Under the pieces are notes generated by a model. That model was given only the letters and a program-made list of their open reading frames with translations. It was not told the DNA's origin and ran no database searches. The position numbers and the translations under genes are program-made. Below, piece after piece: positions 1 to 12,000 of a stretch of 64,000 nt of DNA. This stretch comes from Caecitellus pseudoparvulus. Taxonomy: Eukaryota > Protista > Bigyra: Bicosoecida. Where the stretch lies: positions 496,001-560,000 of the forward strand of contig CBFFRQ010000053.1 in the NCBI GenBank assembly GCA_965644315.1. Reading direction: 5' to 3'. Numbering within the stretch: the first letter of the stretch is position 1; each line of letters starts with the position of its first letter.

Positions 1-2
1 TT

Positions 3-3000
3 CAAGGTGGAGACCTTGGGAAGAGCGCCGTAGCGCGGCAACTGGATCTCTCCATCATTCACCAAGCTGAAGCGGAAGGTGGAGACAGCGCTTCAACCCC
101 CCGTGGTGAAAGTGCAGTGCCTGCGAACCAGAGAATGGTCCGCAGTGGCCGTGGAAGCCGAAGCGGACTTCAGCAGGCGCAACGCAGGTCACGTGGACGG
201 CGTACCCAGCGCCTTCGCAGGCTAGTGGCCGCTGCCAGGAAGCGACCTGGTGGGGCTGCAGCTATTTACAATGCCAAGGTAGTGAACACGCTCCCTGGCA
301 GCGCACCGTTTGATGGCAGTGCCCTGGGAGAAGAGCAACGAGCGCGAATCAGCCACCTGGCGCGAAAGAGTCGCTTCGACATGCCCAAAGAGTTCAGAAG
401 GCCACAGAGCATGGTGGAGAGGTACATGGGCGCAGTATCAGCCCGAGGCTACGCAAAGGTTGCTGACCATTGGCTGGCCGCGCTCACTGAAGTGCAGGGG
501 GAGCTGTCTGCCCCAGACATTGGTCTTCCTTTCTGGGGCATGCCAGGCATCCCTCCAGACATCTCGCGAAGCATGACAGCCCGATCTTCTCACCTGCATC
601 CCGATGGGGGCTTTTCGGGCTTCTGGGGCACGCACGCGCGGCCGCGAACTCTGCAGCCCTTCTCCCAACCTAGCCTTTGGAGTGCAGTGCAGACTCCAGC
701 ACTGGACACGTCTGGCATGTTCCCTGGATTCCAGCGCACAGAGGCGGGTGGCACGGCTAGCGCCCATGCCCCCACACCTGAAAGCTCAAACTTCAAACGC
801 AGGACGGTGCATATTCATGGCCACACAAGGTTCGAACTTGACGTAGACACTTCCCTCTTGTACCACGTTGCAGCTGGCCCGCCCCTCATCTCCGGCGAGA
901 CCCACATGCCGTACTCTTCAGGGAGGCCTGTGGATGTCCTTTTCCTTCCTGACATTTTTGATGACATGGGTACGATTCTAGGTGATATGGACCCGCTGCT
1001 TTCTGCTCTTCCTGGGAGTCGCTTGCTGGTTGCACACTACCCTGGGATGCCTGGGACATCATGGAATGAGCATGCACACGAAGGCACAGACGGAGCATCA
1101 CGGGCCCTTGACCACATGGAAGAAGTGCAGCAAATCCTCATTGATCGCCTTGGCCGAAGCTTTCGTGGGGCAGCACGCCCAGAGGCTGACACAGCGGTGG
1201 ACAAAATGAGTGTGACGAGCAAGAGTGCGTCGGCTGGTGCTCCAGCTGAAGTGCAGGAACAAAAACTGGGAACACGAAAGTGGCTCTCACCGGCATTCTT
1301 GGTGAGCGCCATTGCAGCGCTTCTAGACCACGTCCAGGCTGCAGGTGAGTGGGGACCTGCCCAAGCTCAAGATGCTGCAGGTCGAAAAGCGCAGGCTGCC
1401 AGTCATGAGCTGGGCCGGGATGTCGTGCTGGTTGGCTCGGGCTTCGGAGGGCACTTGCTGACCATCCTGGCAGGTGAGGTGCTGGGTCGACGCACCCGGC
1501 GGAAAGGGAAACCAGGCATTGCACCGCAGAACCGCACGCTAGCCTCAGCAACGCGGGCGGTTGTTCTCATAAACTCGTACTCAAGGATGGACGCAGAGCT
1601 GGGGCTAGTGATGCAGCGCATCGCTGCTGTCCATGGCCCTTTGGCCGCAATGGCAGGCGTCATGGACCGCAATCGCGCCGTGGATGCCCCGCTTGGAGCC
1701 TTCGGTGGTGGGCGCCCGCGAGTGGCCAAGCGCCCCAGGAGCATTGCACCAACCGGAGCCCCAGGAACTGCAGCTTGCACAGTGGACACTCGAGCCCCCC
1801 AGCACCGAACCATCAAAAGCGGAGCTACGCCCGATGATCCCAACACCTTGCCGCTGCCGGGCTCTCCATCGCAACGCATGGGCTTGGACGGCCGATCTCC
1901 GCTAAGCTCTGTGCCACTGTCCAGCACACAGCGGAGCCTTCGGCAGTCTATTGGGGTGGGCAAGCGCAGGTTGATGTACACGGAACAAGGGGGGCGAGGA
2001 AAGTCCAAAAAGTGGCAAAAGCTCAAGCAGGCGTCCCAAAGCCTTTCTGCCCTCTCCAGCACATCCTCGGTGGGAGACACGAACACGGACCAGGCAGTCC
2101 CTGGTGCCAGTGCATCACTGCAGAGTGCTGAGGCCGTGCGCATCGTTCGGAAGGATGCCGTACGCTTGTATGACAGCATCATGTTCTCGCCTGGGTACAA
2201 GTCAGCAGTTGGTGCTGGCTTTGCTGTTGGGGAGTTTTGGAGCCGGAACCCAAGCCTTGCAGAGGCGGACCCATACCTCGACTACGGCATTGCCAGGATC
2301 TCTGATGCGGCAGCCAAGCACCCTTTTGATGCGCTGGAAGGGATCACAGCTTGCCATTTTCCTGTGCTTCTCATTGCTGGTACTGATGACGCATGGGTAT
2401 TGCCGTACCATTCGCTAAGCATTGCTCGCCGGCGTAGGGCAGCAGAGAGCAGTGCACTGGCCCTTGCCCGCGGCGCAGGGCATTCAGATCAGTCGGATGC
2501 TGAAGCCCAATGGCCGGACTTCTTGAAACAAGCTGGCCATGTCATGCATACGAAGATCCAGAAGGCTTTCTTGGATCCCCCGCCCGGTCAGGCTCTAGCT
2601 GACTTCGAGGCCACCTGTGACGCTGTCGCTGAAGGTGACGCGGACACGCTCCTGGGGACAGCGGCAGAGGAAGAAGCTAAGATGCTCTCTACTGTCCCAC
2701 GGAACAAGCGCCAACGAACTGCCAGGTTGAAAAGTGGCAGGGTCGTTCGGATCGATGTCTCTTCCTCGGAGACGGCGCTTCAGGGCTTGCGCCCAACATA
2801 TACAGCATTCCTCAAAGGGGGGCATGCTATTCTGCAAGAAAGAAAAACAGCACTTTTGAGTCTTCTACAGGCAGTCATTCTCGGCCACGAAGAGGGACCT
2901 GTAGGGGGTGGTGGGTTCGGTGTGTTGCCAAGCGGCATGAGTGTTCAAGATGCGCAAATCAGTGCTGCCGACCCAGCGGCACGCGTGCTCGAGCCTGGGC

Positions 3001-6000
3001 GACCCCCGTTGCGGGTCAATCCCCCTCTGGTGCTGGGCTCTGGCGCCTCTCCTGCCTCTCAAGAGTTGCCCTCCAAAGACACTGAACATGAGGGGGGGGC
3101 TCAGCAAAAAGAAAGGCTACTTCGCGAGCTGCGATCGCGCGGGCTTCCCACACACGGAACAGAATTTGAACTGCTAAGCTTATTGTCTGATGCCCTCGCA
3201 ACTGAAGATGGCAGCAACAGGCGCAAGGCATGGCTGGCAATCCCGAAGGACAAGCGAGAGATGGTGAAGCAAAAGCAAGTGTTGGCTCAGCACAGAGTCC
3301 AATACCGTGCAAGGCAGCGAGAAGCGCAGCTGCGCGGCCAAACGTTGACCCTGGAAGAGGCAAAAGCTCAGGTGGATGCTGAGCGGGAGCAAGGGGAACG
3401 AGAGGACGAGGAGCGTGCGCGCATGGCTGAGGAGGAGGCACTGACTCGCCTTTCCGCCGCCAGGAAAGCCAGGGAAGCTGCCGAGGAGCGTGAGGCTGCA
3501 CTTCAAGCCGCAAAACTCGCAGATTTGCGCTCTGGCCTTGTGTCACCCGCGCGCGAGACATCTGCTGCTGCTGCTGAGGCCGAAGCAGCCGAGGCGGGAG
3601 CCAAGGCCGCGGCACTTGCGATGCTGCGGAGCAGGAAAGAGGCGGGCGCAGAGCCACACCTGGCCAGTTTTGAAGAAGCAGCCCGCAACATTGAAGTGAA
3701 ATTGAAGGGGGAACAGGCAGGTGGATACTTCCTGAGCAGTGACAATGCTCACGAGTTTGGCGTGGGCGGCGCTCGTTTGCTACAGGATGCGTCAGCCTTG
3801 CGCTCCAGGAAGAAGGCAGCACTCAGGCGCTGGCAACGCTTAGATCAACGCGTCAAACTGATAGAGGCGGAAGTGGCCAAAGCCAAGGCAGCGGTTCACG
3901 TCATTGACCGGTCGCTGGCTGCAGCCCAGCGCGAGAAAGACGCCATGCTGCGGACCCTTGCCCGGCATGGCAACACGAAGGCACAGCACAGCATCCTCGT
4001 GCGCACCATTGCCGAGGAAGTGTTTGAATTGAGGGAGCGGCGAGAGAGCAAAAAACGCGCGCAGAAAGCCTTGGCTGGGCAGATGGAGTCCGCGCTGCTC
4101 GAAATGGACGTCATCGGCTCATCAGCGCACGCGGTCGTTGCCAAAGCCCGCAACATTGAGGACACCTTAGGGAAGGCCCGCGTAAAAGCAAGCCAGATGA
4201 TCGTCTCTAGGCGCGCTAAAAAGGCAGAGGCTCTGAAACTGAAGGAGGGCAGCTTGGACGCCGCTCGCGCGGCTGCCTCAGAAATGGGTCGCCTGAAGCT
4301 ACGTATGGCTGCTGTCGTCAAAGAGTTTCAGCGCGTCAAGAAGGTGCACAAGAAGTACGTTGACACTAACTTCTATCACATGGGGTATCCGCAGCGCGTG
4401 CCAACGAAGGTGCTGCGCCGACACCTGCGAGGTCGCATCAGGCACATCAAGGAGCGGAAGGAGGAGCTAAGGAACACCTCCGCCAAAGCACGAGCGGCTG
4501 TGAGCGAAGCTGAGGCAACGATCCAAGTCACTACCGAGGAGGTCGGCCTCCTCAGTAAGCTTTTGCAGCTCATCGTTGACTGCATTTCAGCCGGGCCTCC
4601 GAGCGCAGAAGATCTGCGTGAGGAACTTCGCCTAGACACCCCAGCAGCTGGGCCCTCACAAGGCACGGAAGACGCAAGTGGCGAGGATCAGCAGCAAGGA
4701 AGTTTGGCTATGATGCCCCGTAGAGAGCGCAACGTGGTTTGGCGGTCCAGCACCCTGCATGCACTCCGTGAGACCAACGTATTTGCAGAGGCCATCCTGT
4801 CCGCTGAACCACCAGAAGTGCTGGCAGCATTGGGAGCCAGATTCGTTTCGCCAAGGATTCCTGACAGCTTAAAGTCAAATCCCGTCATTGTTGACGCTCT
4901 TCACACACTCTTTGGGGGGGGGGCGCGCGTACGGGATGACTGCAAGCTTGCCATGGTGACGAGGTGGAAACCCGCTGTGGAGCGACTGCCAGAGGAGAAG
5001 CGGTGGGTGGCCATGGACAGGCATCTCCACCCCCAAGCGTACGAGCAACTGACCGACGAAGATAGGCAAACCATGGAGCGCGACCCGCTGTACCGATGCA
5101 CAATCCCGGTGGACGTGCTTAAGCGACTTGCGAGCCTGCCAGCGTCACCCCTCACCGCCCTTGCATTCATTACAGCCCCAAGCCACGTTGAGCTGCACCG
5201 CCTGCTGGGCAAGTTCACTCATGGTGTGGGAGAATCAACTGAGCGGCTGCGTGACATGTCTCTGGGCGCCAAGGCCATGGCGGCGGCGGCCGTCGCTCGA
5301 GGTTACATGGCACGGACCAAGCTCCCGTCCAACCGCACGCCTGAAGAGCGGGACTGGGTCAGTCTCGATCAAGTGTACCGCCCGAATCTATACTTGGATG
5401 TTGCAGACATGGACGACCTGGACCCATTGTTGGGGGCGGCGCTACACGCTGAAGAGGGATATAGGCGCCGAGGAGCAGGGCACCGTCGGAGGCACTCGTT
5501 CTCCGGCGCAAGTCTCAGCCAGCAGGCTGGACAAGCGCCAGGCCATCGCAACAAAGGTACACACGGGAGTCGTGCAGAAGAATCCTTTCAGGCAAGCTTG
5601 TCTGATGACGAGGAGTTCCGGGCACTGCACAGCGCACTTCCTGTCGGCGAGCCGGGAGTGCCGGCCGCGTGGGCAGAGCCCTCATCCTCACGCCCGCCAT
5701 GGGAGGATGGGCTGGGCAAAACGCCTAGATTTAACCCGGCCCTGGATAGCGACCTATTCTCAGTGGACCCGATGACAGCCAGGTATGGCCAACCGGGAGT
5801 GGCAGATCCAAGGGGTGCCAAGCACATGTTTCACAAGCTCATGCACTACAAGTTTCGCCGGGAGAGAGCTGCGAAAGCGGCCCGGGAGCGCATCAAGGCG
5901 GAAAGAAAAGCTGCGTGGCTGAAAGCCAAAGCGGACGCTGAAATGGCTTCCATTGCTGCGGAAGAAAAAGCACTGATAGGCGGGGTGTCGGTGGGCGACA

Positions 6001-9000
6001 TGCGCAGGCGTCGGGCTTTCCGGCGTCCACCAGCTGGAACTCTTGGCGATCACTACACGCGGGAGCAACTCCACACAATCTTGTTGACCCCAACTGCAGA
6101 GCTCAGCAGCGAGCGAGATAGGCGGGCTCAAATGCTCTTGCGCACGTACGGCTCAGACGGGGGCCGGGCCATCCACGACCTCGCTGCATCCCACTCAACA
6201 CCTGTTGTGTATGGCATCCCCGAAATAGCTGAAGCCCACGAAGTGCTTGCAGAAGAGCTTCGGTCACGAGGCGAAGTGTCTGTCATTCCCCAACTTGCGT
6301 TTGCAGACGAAGACGGCAGTAGAGACAACATTGGATGCATTGCGCTGGGAGCAGCTCAAGGAGGTGTTCTTGTCCGTTCCACAAAGAACCTTGTCCTTCT
6401 CGAGACGAGAGACGTGCCTTTACAGCCAGGCTCAACAACGGAACATGCTTTCTCCGTCCCAGGCAGCGTCAGCGATGCCGTCGCCTTCGGGCCTCGAGGC
6501 TGGGACGGCATTCCTGGAGCAGCTCGTCGGCAGATGCAAGCAGCTGGACTGCCTGTGCACGAGGTCCCACATGAAGCAAACAAACAACCTGGTTCATATG
6601 AAAAGGCAAGAAGCAGGGATGGTGCCTTTGCCACAAGCAGCCTGGACGGAGCTGCTGGCCGCCAGTGGAGTGAACAGTCGAGGATGGCTGCCCAGCATGG
6701 TTCACGTGGCTCGGGAACACTCGGAGCTTCGAAGATGCATGAACCAAGTGGTGCCTTTGCTGAAGCTGTGGGAGCAGCCCAAGAGTTCAACAAACGCCTT
6801 GCCACTGCAGAACGGCACACTTCCACTCCCGCCCATGGGATGGAACGTGTGGCGTTTGAGTCCGCTGCAGGACAACTAACCACACACGCGCTCAGGCTCG
6901 AAGGAGTCGAAAGCAAGCCCTTCATCATCAAGCATAGACACCCAGCAGCAGTACCCCCTTTATCCGTTGCAGGAGTAAGGGGAAGTACCGCAACCAGAAC
7001 TGAAGGCACGCCCCCCTCCCACGCTGCTCCCCCGAGCACCAGGCTGGGAACGAGCGGAGGACACTCGTCGATTTCACGGGCTGGCACCGCAGCGCTACTG
7101 AATGGTGAAGTGCCTCAAGCATACACCAGACTTGTAGGTGATCCTTCGTCGGTTGGTGCTGCAGCGGGTGCATCAGAGCTTGAAGCAGGCGCAGTCGGCG
7201 CGGAGTCACTTCCACCTGACGCAGCGGCGCCGGCCGGTATTGGCGACATAACATGGCTCCATGTCGGCGCTGAGCCCTTGCCGGCAATCGTGAGAAGGAA
7301 GCTTTCAGGAGAAGAAGACCCCGCAGAAGCCCTCAAGCGCGAGGAACGTAAGCGGCAACGTGCAGAGGCGATGAAGCGCCGCGCAGCCAAAGCGTCCGCA
7401 ACTGGACAGACCCCGCCAGACGAAGACACCGGCGACAGTGTTGCTGCGTGGGAGGATGAGAACCTTGTCAACGACTTTGAGCGAGAGACTGGCTGTCCAG
7501 GCATTCGGCCGCTGATCTCTGACTTGACAGTGACCATCACGTTCCACGGCGCGTTCTCAGGCAAGAGCGCGGAGTACATTCTGGGCCGCCTACAAGCAGC
7601 ACTTTACCGTGAGCCATTTGACCCCATTCCGGAAGTCCCAACGAACTATCATAAAGAAAGCGGGGTGTGTCTACCAGAACGTGTCACGTCACCCACAACC
7701 GCATCGGCGGGCGCAGGCTTGCGGCCGAGAGCTCTTGCTGGTGACAGCAATGCCTCAACTGCTCGCACTGTGCAGGGAGCAGATTGGCAGGCAAGCAGGG
7801 AAGGCCAACACCCTGGATCACCTTCTGCTGGAACTGCTTTTCCGTTACCTCCTTCAAGAGGCCCGCTCATTACACCTGGCGACCTGGACGCCCACTTAGA
7901 TGCACGCGCAAGGTCCGCAGTGCTGCAGGGTGAAGTGCACGGAACTGCCCGGGCTAGCAAGGGCCAGGGACCAATTGGTCTGCCTGGCATTGATGGAGGG
8001 GGCAGTGCAGAGTACACAATCGTGGCATCTCGGCCAATTAGTCAGGGGGGGAGCCAAGTTGGAAGCCGTGGGCACCGCGTGCACGCCGGGGCCCTCCAAG
8101 CGGTGCATGGTGTGCGGACACCGAGCAGGCCACACATAGACCAAGCATCGTCCACCACACAGGAAGGCTTCCCTGTCCTTCCTTGGCAAGCGAACCAGCA
8201 TGAGGAGCGCCAGCACACGGCATTCCACGCAGCGCTGCCATCTGACCGGAGGGAGTGGCTTGGGCCCGTAGGGATCCCCACGATTCCTCTCTCCGATGAA
8301 CACGCATACTGGCTTGCCAATCCAAACATCGCCCGTTTCGGTGAGCAAAGGCATGAACAAGAACCCGATCGAGCTGTGCGCGGTGGTGGCCCTGACCTCG
8401 ATGAGGATGGCTTCGGCTTGCAGGCTGAACAGGACCCGCGCGCTCCAAGAAACCTTGGGACGGCCGACACTAAACAACTAAGACGACATGGCTTGTTGAG
8501 TCCGGGTGGCGACAGTGTGTACACTGACGTGCGAGGCGGGCTGTACCCGGGCTCGCGACGGCAACGAAGGGGCCCACCACTGTACACCGGACCACCAGTC
8601 GACGTGTACGGTGTTCAGCCACTTCCACCAGACGCCAGCAGCGCGTCTGACGGTACAATACCTGCACACCGCCTTCCTCCACTTGCACGCCCGCTGCCAC
8701 AGATACAAGGCGTGCCCGCGGATCAGATAGTGGCCAGCATGCGCTGGCCCGTGGGGTACGCAGTGTCTGCAGAGTGCAGACCGAACACGCGAGGCGCGAT
8801 AGGCAAGATCACCATTCGCCATGAGCCATCCACGGCGCCAGTGCTGCCGGGGCAGTACAGTGTGTGCATCAGGGGTCTCACTCCAGGGAGTTACAGCGTC
8901 AGTGTTGTGGGCACTGTGGTGTACTCCGCTCGAGATGTGCTTGAGGGCGCTGTGCGTCGACTGAAGCAAGTGAGTGCTCGCGTTCCTCTGTGCCGTGCCG

Positions 9001-12000
9001 AACTGGGAGACATTCGTCAATCGTCCCGACTGGGAGAACGAAAACGTGCCCTCGTCCAAGATTTGATCCTGCGAACAGAGGAAGAGCTGAGCAGAATGTC
9101 GCACAGGACCGCTGCGTTGCGCCGGGCGCTGGAACGTGGAGTGGTGACGCGCGGGGATCTCGGAGAGGACGCCCACAACGAAAGCCTTGACCTTGCAGAT
9201 GGTGACGTGGAAGTCATTGGGGATGGTGCATCCGTCGGCACTGCATCCGGCTCCGATTTGGGCTTGAGCGATCTTGAGAGTAGCGACGGAAGCCTGTCCA
9301 GTGCCACCTTCGAGTCAGACACGGACTCTGAATCAGGCCTTTCTTCAGCCCAGTCGGCGACTGACAGCTCATCAGCAGCAAGTTCTTCACGTTCCTCAGA
9401 GCTGGATTCTGCCTCAGACAGTGAGACTGCCTCTACTTCGTCAGGCTCAAGTGAAGAGCGTGCTCGTGAAGCAGGGCTGATGGCCAAGAATCCCAGCGAA
9501 GTGGGTGGAACTGGGCAACGGCTGATCCAGCGGCAAAAGGCAAGAGCAGCAAAGATGGAGCGAGGGAGGGCCGCAGCTGTCCGCCTCGTCGAGCGGGGAA
9601 GGGCCCGGCGCACTGCTGCCGCTCGGGCCATGCAGCGCCGCCTTCGAGAGCAGCTGCCTGTCACGGAGCTCGTTCGAAGCTTGGTTCAGCGGCAGCTCAC
9701 TCAGCTGGAGGCAAGCTTTTCGACCCATGTTCGGCTGCTGAACATGCGGGAGGATGAGCTGCAGCAGATTGAAGACGGGCTTGATGCTCTGGAGGCTGCG
9801 GCACATGCACGGCGTGCCGAGATGACCCAGCTCTTGAGCCGCCTGAGGGAGTTCAAGCGACACCTCCCAAGAGCCTTAGAAGCTATGAAACTCGAACTTG
9901 GGCGCCCCAAGGAATCTGACCCGCATGCCCAAGCACGCAAAGAGCTGGCAAGCAAGTTGGGAGCGGAGCAGGTGCCCGGCCAGGCAGAAGTGGATGCACT
10001 CATCAGCAAAGGCTACGAGCAGCTGCTCCAGTATGATATCGAGCCAAGTGCTGAAAGTATTGCCTACAATCAGTCATCAGGGCCTGGGACCAGCTCGTCG
10101 TTTGCGGCGGGCCGCACGGGGACAGGTCCGAGGGCGCCGGCAGCAGCACCTCGAGCTGAAGAAGAGCACGAGGCCGTGCAAGAGCATCCATTAGACAGTG
10201 ACTTGGATTTCTTGCGCTACGGTCCTGAAATACTCAAGTGGAGACTGCAGCAACAGACCAAGTCCAAGCAGGCGGCGGAGGAGACTACACCAGCGGCCCG
10301 GGTCCGAGCAAAAGCCCTGCATGAGCTGACAAGGGAAGAGAAGCAGTGGATGTCTCTAGACCTCGTCTTGTACCCAGAGCTGTACGCCGAGAAGCTAGAG
10401 GAGGACTCGGATGATGAAATGGATGAGTTGATGTCGGCAGGCATCGCCATCTCCCGTGCGAACGAAGCAAGGAAGCCTAGGCAATTGCGATTGCCGCCCC
10501 GCAACCCAGCCATTGCACAAGCCATGACACTCGCCGGGTCTGCAAAGCAAGCTGAAGCGACTCCTCAGCGTGGTGCGCTGGTGGAATCAGGAGACGAACC
10601 AGGCACCTCCGCATCTATCCAGTACATGCACGAGGAGACGCTCTCGTCACCGTATGCAAGTGGCGCCGTGACAGGTGAAGCAGGGGGTTCAGAAACTGTC
10701 GTTACCGCGGGTGATGGTGCGGATGTAGGAATCCTTGCAGACTTGGATGAAAAGCCCGTGTCAAGGAGCCAAGGAGAGGCGGGTACGACGTTCCACGCGC
10801 TCAACAGGCTACAGCGGGTGCTGCCTGCGTGCAGGTACACAAGGCACGAAATCATGCGCATTCTACAGGTCCCTGTGCAGCAACTCAATAAAGCAGAACG
10901 TGGTGTGCGTTTACTTCTGCAGAAGTACCACGACAACGCTGCAAGAGTCCGCGCGAATAGGGAAGCTGCCGGCGACGGGACCGTGCCAAGCATGCCCAAG
11001 GAGGACAGCACGACAACTCTGCAAGCTTTGTACGCCAGAAAGGCGACTGGGGGTGATGATTCTGACTCAGATGCTGATGGTGCACCTGATCAGGGTCCCA
11101 CTGCGCCTGGCACGCGGACGCTGCCGAGCCGCTTGAAGCTTGGACCGCACGAGGTGCACCGAAGTGCTTCCCACCACATGCGAGCATACGCAGCCGTGCC
11201 TATTCCCAACGGGGCTCCCGAGAAGTTGCGATCCCTCTTGCTGCAGAAAACCAGGGTCCTGAATGAACGCTGGTCGATGCACATGCAGAGAACCCTGCGC
11301 GGGCATGACCAGCACCAGAACCAGGGAGCCAAACGCCTCCATGATTTCCTCCATGCACAACGCAACACGGGCACAAGAAAGCCCTGCGCCCCTGAGCAGC
11401 CCAGCGAGAGGGCCAAACCAGGTTCAGAAACAGAAGAAATTCCAGGTGTGCCAGACCGACACCGGAAAGATGCAGAGGCAGCAGCTGGCACAACGCTGGG
11501 CATGGCACGCTCGCATGCTGTGCCACTGAGCCGCCGAGCACCCCACCGCTCTGTTGACTTCTCCAAAGGATTCGAAGACGCTGCGCAGGGTGATGTTGAT
11601 GAAGTCTGCCGGAAACTTCTTGAGGAGTTGGATCGAGCGGCAGCTACGGGCGCGCCGTACATGGAGAGTTCCGCATTGCATGGGATGACACAGCGATATG
11701 CCACCGACGCACTGCAGAAGGAGCTCAGCATGGCCCTTGACCGACTCCTCCTAGCACAGGTGTTCGAACGGGAGGCAATTGAGGCGGCGCTCATCGCAGA
11801 GCAAGATAGCATGTATGCCCAGGATGCCGCTGAAAAAGCAGCGGAGCAGGAAAAGGCCCTCGCTGACGAGCGAAAGAAAGCCATGCAGAGGCTGGAGGAT
11901 ATGGAAGCCAAGCGGGCAAAAGCAGCTGTAGAAGAACTGGCCTTGCTGGGGAAGGGAGTCGAACTGACTGAGGAGGAGCATGCCGAGCGTGTGGAGCTGG

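Noticed and set aside
9230-9460. Ser/Asp-rich repeat-like tract
   Set aside because: Ordinary low-complexity coding sequence with no DNA-level tandem unit.
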